Positions 9,741 through 16,654 of a DNA stretch of 64,000 bases are shown one piece after another; position 1 is the stretch's first letter, and each line of letters begins with the position of its first letter. A program made the position numbers and the translations under genes. Source of the stretch: a bacterium (GTDB lineage: Bacteria; Patescibacteriota; Minisyncoccia; Minisyncoccales; UBA10102). A model generated the notes under the pieces. It worked only from the letters and a program-made list of their open reading frames with translations, had not been told where the DNA came from and did not search any database. The stretch is from contig JAUSJT010000004.1 of assembly GCA_030647485.1 (NCBI GenBank), forward strand, positions 45,088-109,087, read 5' to 3'.

Positions 9741-10421
9741 ATGACTGAGAAAACCTTTGTCAAACAATTAGAGGATATTTACAAAAAAGAAGGTTTTTTG
9801 ACAAGGCAAGAGGTGGGCGTTGGTTATGGAGTAGCCGATCTTGTTCTTGTAAAACTGATTCCCGAGCAGTGCGCGATCCGTTTAAAAAATAAACAGCTCA
9901 AGCCGCTTTTGAGAGAGGATTATTTTAAAATATTCAGATATCTTCCCGAAGAAGAAAGCAGGAAAGACCCCGTGACCCTTGATCACTTAGTGAAGCGAAC
10001 TAAGTTGTCGAAATCCTTTCTCAAATATCATATACTCCAACAACTCGAGCGCGATGGTTACATAAAGAAAGTTGATGAGAGTTTTTATTTCAAAATTAAC
10101 GGCTGGATGCCAATTGCTAAAGAAATTATTGCGATTGAGGCAAAACTCAAAGATTGGAAGCGAGGATTTATTCAAGCGAACCGGTACAAGTCGTTCGCTA
10201 ATAAAGTTTATTTAGCATTGCCAGCCGATAAGGCTCATCTGGTAGACGGTGCATTATTAAAGAAGCACAATATTGGTCTGATTGCTTTTGATCCGATGGA
10301 GTCAGAAATTAAAAAAACTGTTCATCCCCGATCAGCTCAACCGCGCAATGTCTTCAAATACGATTTTGCAGCCGAATTCTTTTTGAGCCGTAGTATACTA
10401 AAAAAGTTTGCCCTTCTTTAG
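9741..10421 (+). CDS. PD-(D/E)XK nuclease-fold protein with inserted winged-helix-like segment (possible restriction-endonuclease remnant/partner)
   Basis: GVADLVLV ... AIEAKLKDWKRGFIQANRYKSFANKVYLALP (D...ExK arrangement); function inferred from motif only. Confidence 0.45.
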   Translation: MTEKTFVKQLEDIYKKEGFLTRQEVGVGYGVADLVLVKLIPEQCAIRLKNKQLKPLLREDYFKIFRYLPEEESRKDPVTLDHLVKRTKLSKSFLKYHILQQLERDGYIKKVDESFYFKINGWMPIAKEIIAIEAKLKDWKRGFIQANRYKSFANKVYLALPADKAHLVDGALLKKHNIGLIAFDPMESEIKKTVHPRSAQPRNVFKYDFAAEFFLSRSILKKFALL

Positions 10422-10871
10422 TTTCGAGAAGATATCGTTTAAAAAAGTTGCTGGATCAACGACGATAATGCCTGCGTGTTTTTTTACTCCCAAAACTTTC
10501 GTATCTTTTGAAATTATAATTTGTGCTCTTGCAAGGAGAGCGGTTCTGAAAAACAAATCGTCATCTTTATCACCATCAACGACCCTCAAATCGGCAAGCT
10601 CGCCACGAAGTGAGACCATATTAATAATTCCCCTATAGTCCAGAGTCAACTTCTCCGGCGTGTAAATATTGCTGGCTAGAATCTTCTTAAATTTTTCGCG
10701 TCTGATAACATCACAAAATTCATTGTAGGTTTCTTCACTTCCATACAATTCAATCTCATTTGTTTCTGCAAGGTTGAGTATTTGTCTTGGGTCGCCGTGC
10801 CACAAGAACCCCGAAATTATGAGGTTTGTATCGGGAACTACTTTGATGAGTTTACTTGGAACGCGCCTCAT
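10398..10871 (-). CDS. PIN-domain RNase toxin (PIN_3/VapC-like)
   Basis: VVPDTNLIISGF start, conserved acidic positions (DTN, SEETY, DGDKDDD, SKDT); 20-nt overlap with upstream gene. Confidence 0.8.
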   Translation of the reverse strand: MRRVPSKLIKVVPDTNLIISGFLWHGDPRQILNLAETNEIELYGSEETYNEFCDVIRREKFKKILASNIYTPEKLTLDYRGIINMVSLRGELADLRVVDGDKDDDLFFRTALLARAQIIISKDTKVLGVKKHAGIIVVDPATFLNDIFSKLKKGKLF

Positions 10872-12054
10872 GGATTACCTGCGCGAGATCAGCGGCCGCC
10901 TTGTCTTGATCCGTGCCGTACTTCCAGCGCTTTGAGGACTCCAAAACCCCTATCCATCTTTTGAGGTGACTTGTTTGGAGCGGTATCGCGAATCTCCCGT
11001 ATAGACCCTCTGCTAAATCTAGAGCTTCTTCAAGCCGTCCACGCATCAATCCCATCCTCTCATTCTGGCTTAAACCCGCCATTTTTCTCATTGCTTCCAA
11101 TCGTCTATACAAGAAGTGGAGTTTCTTTGATGCGTAGTCAACTGGCATCTTGCCGTCACATGACGCACAGGAGCACTTATAATTAATCAGCCTTACAATT
11201 TCATCGTTTACATAATCAAAAAGTTCGGGAATATAAGTTTGAGCTAGTTTCTTTTTTTGCGGGAAGAATTTAAGCTTCTGCTTCAGATTTTTTTCTGAAA
11301 AGGTTTCCAACCAACCCAAGCCGCTACTGAATCCACTAGCTCCGATCGCACACAAGACCTCCCCAAATGCGCCTATTGATAGAACGAAAACATCCTTATC
11401 AATCGATAACTGAAAAACAAGCCATGCCAAGCCTTTCAAAGAGTCCTCATCACTCTTTATATCGTTGAGATTATCAACCATTATGAAATAACCCGCAAGA
11501 TCAGCATTGCAATCTTTATACCTATCGATTACCTGATTCAGCATTTTGGGATTTCCTATACTTGAATTTCCGATATTAATCATTGCAAAAAGCGGCTTTC
11601 GTATTTTTTCCCTTCGCAGGTATTTGATACTGTCAGGGATGAGTGTGTGATTTAAGCGGAATTTATCTCCACTAGTATCTTCACTAAAAAGGTAGGGTGC
11701 AATTACAAAATCGGCACCCTTATCGAGCTGGAACTTTATAGATGGCTCTACGAAGCTGGTAATGCGATATTTTTCATCCCCGAATAGCTTTGGCATTTCA
11801 AAAGGTTTCTTTGGAGCATATGGTACTTTCTGAAAAGCCTTCTTTTCCGTGAACGCATCATATACAAGATTGTTTGTCATCGGATCAATAATAAACAGCG
11901 TGCTTGTATTGCGAGCTTTCGTTGCCAAATTTTTATAGTGTGCCGCGATATTTGCGGTCATCAAGCTTGCCGGCAATCTTCTGATCTTGGTGGCAACCCC
12001 GTCCTGGTTCATTAATCTAGGTATAAAGATAGGAGATGAAATAATTTTTGGCAT
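10852..12054 (-). CDS. 400-aa uncharacterised protein, predicted alpha/beta-barrel-like with TGT-type CxCxxC...H zinc knuckle
   Basis: Alternating strand/helix pattern (LFIIDP, FVIAPY, LFAMINIG, GYFIMVDN, VFVLSIG), YKCSCASCDG...KKLH, helical C-terminus; no family confidently recognised. Confidence 0.7.
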   Translation of the reverse strand: MPKIISSPIFIPRLMNQDGVATKIRRLPASLMTANIAAHYKNLATKARNTSTLFIIDPMTNNLVYDAFTEKKAFQKVPYAPKKPFEMPKLFGDEKYRITSFVEPSIKFQLDKGADFVIAPYLFSEDTSGDKFRLNHTLIPDSIKYLRREKIRKPLFAMINIGNSSIGNPKMLNQVIDRYKDCNADLAGYFIMVDNLNDIKSDEDSLKGLAWLVFQLSIDKDVFVLSIGAFGEVLCAIGASGFSSGLGWLETFSEKNLKQKLKFFPQKKKLAQTYIPELFDYVNDEIVRLINYKCSCASCDGKMPVDYASKKLHFLYRRLEAMRKMAGLSQNERMGLMRGRLEEALDLAEGLYGRFAIPLQTSHLKRWIGVLESSKRWKYGTDQDKAAADLAQVIHEARSK

Positions 12055-12128
12055 GTCGCCCTAATCTTATCAGGATACCGCCTCTTTATCAAGCCTTTGT
12101 ACTGGTCCATGACATTATGATACATCCA

Positions 12129-12169
12129 GACCCTTAAAAACATCAGATAGAACAAGGGTCCGACCCTTG
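12129..12169. promoter_or_regulatory. Palindrome CAAGGGTC-C-GACCCTTG plus extra GACCCTT copy (alternative pairings) in divergent intergenic region
   Basis: GACCCTT 12129-12135, AAGGGTC 12154-12160, GACCCTT 12162-12168. Confidence 0.4.
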
Positions 12170-12206
12170 CAACAGGGAAAAATAGTGAGTAGCAGTGTGG
12201 GATAGT

Positions 12207-12234
12207 TTGCTTTTCTCTGGCTATTTGCTATAAT
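12207..12234 (+). promoter_or_regulatory. Sigma-70-like promoter TTGCTT-16-TATAAT
   Basis: TTGCTT 12207-12212, consensus TATAAT 12229-12234. Confidence 0.5.
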
Positions 12235-12240
12235 GAGAGT

Positions 12241-12430
12241 GCAGTTGACAATATAAAAAGTGAAGTTTGTGCACATAATCACGAACCGTTTATTTCTCCC
12301 TTCGGGGTAGGCAATCTGGGAAATCTGTGGAAAGCCAAATGAAATAAGCGACTAATCGCAAAAGCGGTTGGGAGATTTCATTCAACCATGTCGAAGGTTG
12401 GATCAAAACTCTTAGCCGCTTTTTGTTTGT
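12241..12430 (+). ncRNA. Candidate ~190-nt structured RNA (unknown class) ending in long-stem intrinsic terminator
   Basis: No ORF; hairpins CCC-UUCG-GGG, GCGA-cuaa-UCGC, UUCAACC/GGUUGGA; outer stem AAAGCGG(12361-12367)/CCGCTTT(12416-12422) followed by TTTTGTTTGTTT. Confidence 0.35.
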
Positions 12431-12482
12431 TTAGTCGGCAACGGAAGCGCTGGGAGCATTATCAGATTAAGAACAAACTATT

Positions 12483-12716
12483 ATGGAAGATTCAATGAGA
12501 AAATTAGCGAGGTATGAAGGTGAGTTTTGGTTTATCGATCTAACTGGAGATAACTGGGTGGTAGACATTGTTGCTTTGGATGGAACACGACGTCCTGCAA
12601 CAAATAAAGATGGACCCTTTATGGATGTTTTAATGTATGGGCCTTGTGTCGCTAGTCCACCCGCAAATCCATCGCCTGGATGGTTTATTAACTTCTTTAA
12701 AACATATAGCCCATGA
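12483..12716 (+). CDS. Small hypothetical protein (77 aa; alternative start 12495)
   Basis: ATGA overlap with the downstream HD gene suggests coupling; no recognisable motif. Confidence 0.45.
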   Translation: MEDSMRKLARYEGEFWFIDLTGDNWVVDIVALDGTRRPATNKDGPFMDVLMYGPCVASPPANPSPGWFINFFKTYSP

Positions 12717-13492
12717 TCTACACACAAAAAATAAAAGACGCAATCAATTTCGCAGTAAAGACCCATGAGGTTTATCAAAAGCAGAAACGAAAAGGCAAGG
12801 ACATTCCGTATATCACGCATCCACTTATTGTCGGCCTTATCTTGACTGGCACTGGAGCAAAGGAGGATGTAATTATCGCAGGTATCCTTCACGATACCAT
12901 TGAAGATAGCGTGCCAGAAAAGAAAGTATCACGGGATATGCTTGCAGAGCGGTTTGGTGAGAATGTAGCTGATATTGTCGAGAGCGTATCTGAAAAATCA
13001 AAAGAGTTTTCTTGGAGTGAACGAAAACATGAAGCCCTTGAGCGTATTGAAAGTTTTTCGCAGGATTCGATTTTGGTAAAGTCGGCTGATATTCTTAGCA
13101 ACACAACCGAGCTTGTGGACGATTATGCGCGGGACAGAGACAAGATCTTTGCTAATTTCAACGCTACCAAGGAAGAAACACTCCTGCATTATCTTCGTGC
13201 AATTACTGCTCTCACAAAGAAATGGCCGGAAAGTCCTCTTAATGAAGATCTGCACAAGATTGCAAGAGAGCTTCAGTCAATGGGGGCGTTTGACTTCATG
13301 GTCAAGCATCATGTCAGGATCATTGAATACAGTGAGTACAGCGAGAATATGACGCTAGAGTGTCCTATATGCTACTGGGCGGGGACTCCAAAAGAAAGTG
13401 GCGGGATAGAGTACCACGATGACTTGCTTGATGTTTCGTGCCCAAACTGTGAAAAGATGCTTCTTGTAGTGAGCTATCCTCTTATAAAATAG
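12713..13492 (+). CDS. RelA/SpoT-type HD hydrolase (small alarmone hydrolase-like) with C-terminal zinc ribbon
   Basis: HEVYQKQKRKGKDIPYITHPL...AGILHDTIEDS matches the (p)ppGpp-hydrolase HD_4 signature; C-terminal CPIC...CPNC. Confidence 0.75.
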   Translation: MIYTQKIKDAINFAVKTHEVYQKQKRKGKDIPYITHPLIVGLILTGTGAKEDVIIAGILHDTIEDSVPEKKVSRDMLAERFGENVADIVESVSEKSKEFSWSERKHEALERIESFSQDSILVKSADILSNTTELVDDYARDRDKIFANFNATKEETLLHYLRAITALTKKWPESPLNEDLHKIARELQSMGAFDFMVKHHVRIIEYSEYSENMTLECPICYWAGTPKESGGIEYHDDLLDVSCPNCEKMLLVVSYPLIK

Positions 13493-13553
13493 TATGTAGC
13501 GGGGTGGGGTAGTTATAGGTTCAAGCGATACCTTACCCGAAAAATCGGATCAA

Positions 13554-13688
13554 TCACACAAGAGCGAGTAATTCGTTAATGTGCTTAATCGCAAGCTCCG
13601 GAACAGGGAACGCTTTCTTCCAATTATAGGTTCGGAACGCGTCCACCCAAGCAAGCAGACAAATCTTGTGAATCCGACCCGTCCCCGT
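13554..13688 (-). pseudogene. C-terminal gene remnant (TGTGRIHKICLLAWVDAFRTYNWKKAF...LLALV*), bounded upstream by in-frame TAG
   Basis: Contains 33-nt core 13654-13686 identical to 18911-18943; peptide similar to remnants at 18048-18165 and 18799-18945. Confidence 0.35.
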
Positions 13689-13744
13689 CTAGAGATTGAG
13701 CTTATCCTGACGGCGATGGGACAGGTTCTAGGCGATTGAAGTCT

Positions 13745-13776
13745 GACCTCAATTTTTTAAGACCTCAATTTTTTAA
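13745..13776. repeat. Perfect tandem duplication of 16-mer GACCTCAATTTTTTAA
   Basis: 13745-13760 and 13761-13776 identical. Confidence 0.8.
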
Positions 13777-13860
13777 TTATTATCGGTGCGGCAGTTGCGC
13801 TTATTGCATACAGTAGCTGAACTGGGCCGCTACAAAAGTGTAAAGAAGAAAAGCTAATCC

Positions 13861-13889
13861 TTGACTTCTTTTTTTGTTTACACTATAAT
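13861..13889 (+). promoter_or_regulatory. Sigma-70-like promoter TTGACT-17-TATAAT for the marR-efflux operon
   Basis: TTGACT 13861-13866, TATAAT 13884-13889; AGTC-N9-GACT (13899-13915) inverted repeat between the -10 box and the ATG. Confidence 0.6.
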
Positions 13890-13925
13890 ACTTTGAAAGT
13901 CTAACAATTTGACTATCTAAGCTTT

Positions 13926-14351
13926 ATGCCGCATACAAGTATTGAACAACTTATTTCAATGATTTTTGCCACCAGCCGCCTTATCCGAGAGCGCAGTGGA
14001 AATCGGGAGAAGCTTGACCCCATCTCTATTCTCCAAATTGAGACCTTGCGGTATGTGGATGGCAAGAGAACTCCGACTATGCGCGAGATCGCCGAGTATC
14101 TCTGCGTTAAACCTCCGTCTGCAACTTCGCTCATTGATACTCTGATCCATGCAAAAAAGCTTTCCCGTATCGTTGATAAAAATGACCGCCGGATTGTACG
14201 CCTTACTATTACCCACTCTGGCAAAAAAACCATGAAGGACGGCTTCAAAAAAATAACAAAGCGCATGGAGAGTATATTAGTAAAGCTCAACGAGAAAGAG
14301 CGACAGGATTTAATTAAAATCCTCCAGAAACTCTCTAGCACTTATAAATAA
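13926..14351 (+). CDS. MarR family transcriptional regulator
   Basis: 141 aa wHTH; TMREIAEYLCVKPPSATSLIDTLI...RLTITHSGKK. Confidence 0.8.
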   Translation: MPHTSIEQLISMIFATSRLIRERSGNREKLDPISILQIETLRYVDGKRTPTMREIAEYLCVKPPSATSLIDTLIHAKKLSRIVDKNDRRIVRLTITHSGKKTMKDGFKKITKRMESILVKLNEKERQDLIKILQKLSSTYK

Positions 14352-14353
14352 TC

Positions 14354-15907
14354 ATGATCAATTTTTTCAAAAAACCAATAGGCATTATTGCCATCATCAT
14401 CTTGATCGGTCTTATTGCCGGCGGTTACTTTTACTTCGGCCGTGAAAAAAAGACGGAGTTTGATGTGGTAGTCGCAAAACGAAGCGATCTTATCCAAGAA
14501 GTGAGCGTAACTGGCCGCGTGAAGCCTGCGCGAAGCGTTGAGCTTGCGTTTGAGAAAAGTGGCAAAATTTCTGCCGTATATGCGGATGTCGGAAAACAAG
14601 TATCAGCAGGCCAAACACTCGTTGTGCTTGAAAATGCCGAGTTTCTTGCTCAACTCAAGCAAGCAGAAGCAAATGTAAAGTTTGAGCAAGCAAAATTAGA
14701 CGAACTCAAGCGAGGCGCAAGATCCGAAGATATTGAAGTACAGCTGGTCAAAGTGAAAAATTATGAAGTCGCGCTTAAAGACGCAAAGAAAAACGCTGTG
14801 GATAAGCTGCAAGATGCATATACGAGATCTGACAACGCCGTAAGGAATGACGTGGACCAGTTTTTCTTGAATCCTCGCAGTTCCAGCCCCCAGTTACGCT
14901 TTCTTGTACTTGATTCGCAACTAGAAATAGATACTAAGAACCAGCGTATAATAGTAGAGGCTGCGCTTGTGTCTTGGAGGGCTTCGCTTGATCTTATAAC
15001 CATAGAGAGTGACCTTGCTGTTTTGCTTGTTGAGTTAAAAAGCAATCTTGCTCTTGTGCGATCTTTTTTGAGTAATGCTGCATCTGCTCTTAATAACGGA
15101 GCTCCTTTAGGCAGTGGCACTTCTTTTGCAGATATTTCTTCCTGGAAGATAGACGTGTTTTCTGCAAGAACAAGCGTGAATACCGCCGTTTCAAATATAA
15201 CAGGAGCAGAAAAAGATCTGCAGTCTGCAGAATCAGATCTCACGCTCGCAAAACAAGAACTTGTATTAAAAGAAGCCGGCACCGTTCCCGAACAAATTTT
15301 AGCTCAGGAAGCAAAAGTAGAATCAGCGGTTGCCAATGTTGAGAATCTCCAAGCACAGATCTCTAAAACTATCATTCGCGCGCCGATCAACGGCGTGGTG
15401 ACGAAACAAGACGCAAAAATCGGCGAGATCATCTCCGCCAATACGGTGATTGTTTCGCTTATTTCCGCTTCTCAATTTGAGATTGAAGCGAATGTCCCGG
15501 AAGCGGATATCGCCAAATTAAAAATCGGCAATACCGCCAAGATAACGCTCGATGCTTATGGGAACGATATCAACTTTAATGTAAAAGTTGTCGCCATAGA
15601 CCCGGCCGAGACCATTATTGACGGCGTGGCAACATATAAAACCACCTTTCAATTCACCGAAAAAGACGAGCGGATCAAATCGGGCATGACCGTAAATATA
15701 GATATCTCCACTGAAAAACGAGAAGGCGTCATTGTTATTCCGCAACGAGCAATTATCACAAAAAACGGGGACAAGCTGGTAAGGATTCTCAATACCGAAG
15801 CCCCAAAAGAAGTAAAAGTAAAGATCGGTCTTCGCGGTTCGGACGGGAATATTGAAATTATCGAAGGCGTGAACGAAGGAGATAAAGTCATTATCTTTTT
15901 CGAGTAG
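14354..15907 (+). CDS. HlyD/MacA-type efflux periplasmic adaptor
   Basis: N-terminal TM, lipoyl-like halves (VSVTGRVKP ... IRAPINGVV) separated by long coiled coil, beta-barrel C-terminus. Confidence 0.8.
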   Translation: MINFFKKPIGIIAIIILIGLIAGGYFYFGREKKTEFDVVVAKRSDLIQEVSVTGRVKPARSVELAFEKSGKISAVYADVGKQVSAGQTLVVLENAEFLAQLKQAEANVKFEQAKLDELKRGARSEDIEVQLVKVKNYEVALKDAKKNAVDKLQDAYTRSDNAVRNDVDQFFLNPRSSSPQLRFLVLDSQLEIDTKNQRIIVEAALVSWRASLDLITIESDLAVLLVELKSNLALVRSFLSNAASALNNGAPLGSGTSFADISSWKIDVFSARTSVNTAVSNITGAEKDLQSAESDLTLAKQELVLKEAGTVPEQILAQEAKVESAVANVENLQAQISKTIIRAPINGVVTKQDAKIGEIISANTVIVSLISASQFEIEANVPEADIAKLKIGNTAKITLDAYGNDINFNVKVVAIDPAETIIDGVATYKTTFQFTEKDERIKSGMTVNIDISTEKREGVIVIPQRAIITKNGDKLVRILNTEAPKEVKVKIGLRGSDGNIEIIEGVNEGDKVIIFFE

Positions 15908-15910
15908 GGT

Positions 15911-16630
15911 ATGGCAATCATTGAAGCAAAAAACCTCGAGAAAACTTACCGAAATGACGGCGTGGAAACCCCTGCGCTCCGAGGGGTTTCTTTTTCCATC
16001 CAATCGGGCGAGTTTGTGGCAATTATGGGTCCTTCGGGCTCGGGAAAATCAACGCTTCTTCATCTCTTGGGTTTTCTCGATACGCATACTGGCGGAGAAT
16101 ATCGTTTTGATGGAAAAACGATCAGCGATTATTCCAAAGAAGAGATCGCTCATGTACGAAACAAAAAGATGGGCTTTATTTTCCAAGCATTTAATCTTCT
16201 TGCGAGAACCACGGTGCTGGAGAATATAAAATTACCCCTTTTGTATTCGGATGTACCCGAATCAAAATGGGATGGACTTGTAAAACAAGCCATTGACGCA
16301 GTCGGCCTCTCGCATCGCGTGAGCCATGAATCTTCTCAACTTTCTGGCGGAGAAAAACAAAGAGTGGCTATTGCCCGTGCGCTGGTAACGAACCCGCAGG
16401 TTATCTTTGCTGACGAGCCAACTGGCAATCTTGATTCAAAATCTGGACAAATTGTTATGGATATTCTCCAACAGCTTTCTGAAAAACAGGGCAAAACAGT
16501 TATTCTTATTACCCACGAGACGTATACTGCCGAGCACGCCGAGCGCATCATTACCATGCGCGACGGCGTAATTGAGAGCAACATAGCGGTGGATAACCGC
16601 CATCGCGCCCGCGATCATTTCGAAAAATAA
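15911..16630 (+). CDS. ABC transporter ATP-binding protein (MacB/LolD type)
   Basis: Walker A GPSGSGKST, signature LSGGEKQRVAIARAL, Walker B IFADEPTGNLD. Confidence 0.92.
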   Translation: MAIIEAKNLEKTYRNDGVETPALRGVSFSIQSGEFVAIMGPSGSGKSTLLHLLGFLDTHTGGEYRFDGKTISDYSKEEIAHVRNKKMGFIFQAFNLLARTTVLENIKLPLLYSDVPESKWDGLVKQAIDAVGLSHRVSHESSQLSGGEKQRVAIARALVTNPQVIFADEPTGNLDSKSGQIVMDILQQLSEKQGKTVILITHETYTAEHAERIITMRDGVIESNIAVDNRHRARDHFEK

Positions 16631-16654
16631 TACTTGTGGTGAGTTTATCGAACC

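Noticed and set aside
12241-12430. Possible c-di-GMP-I (GGCAAUCUGGGAAAUCUGUGGAAAGCC), ykkC/ppGpp or preQ1 riboswitch identity for the structured RNA and the nearby palindrome
   Set aside because: - The GGCAA...GAAA...AAAGCC resemblance comes from a direct repeat (AATCTG x2), not the required tetraloop hairpin.
- No ykkC or preQ1 conserved cores are present.
- The RNA is therefore kept only as an unknown-class candidate.
12467-12892. 141-aa minus-strand ORF overlapping the small ORF and the start of the HD hydrolase gene
   Set aside because: The + strand frame carries a clear RelA/SpoT HD signature, and the minus ORF has no motif or sensible start context.
13554-13700. DGTGRIHKI in the gene remnants resembles the Fic/Doc motif HPFxDGNGR
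   Set aside because: The His-Pro-Phe part is absent, and the peptide ends about 35 aa after the motif with an unrelated FRTxNWK tail. This is insufficient to call it Fic.
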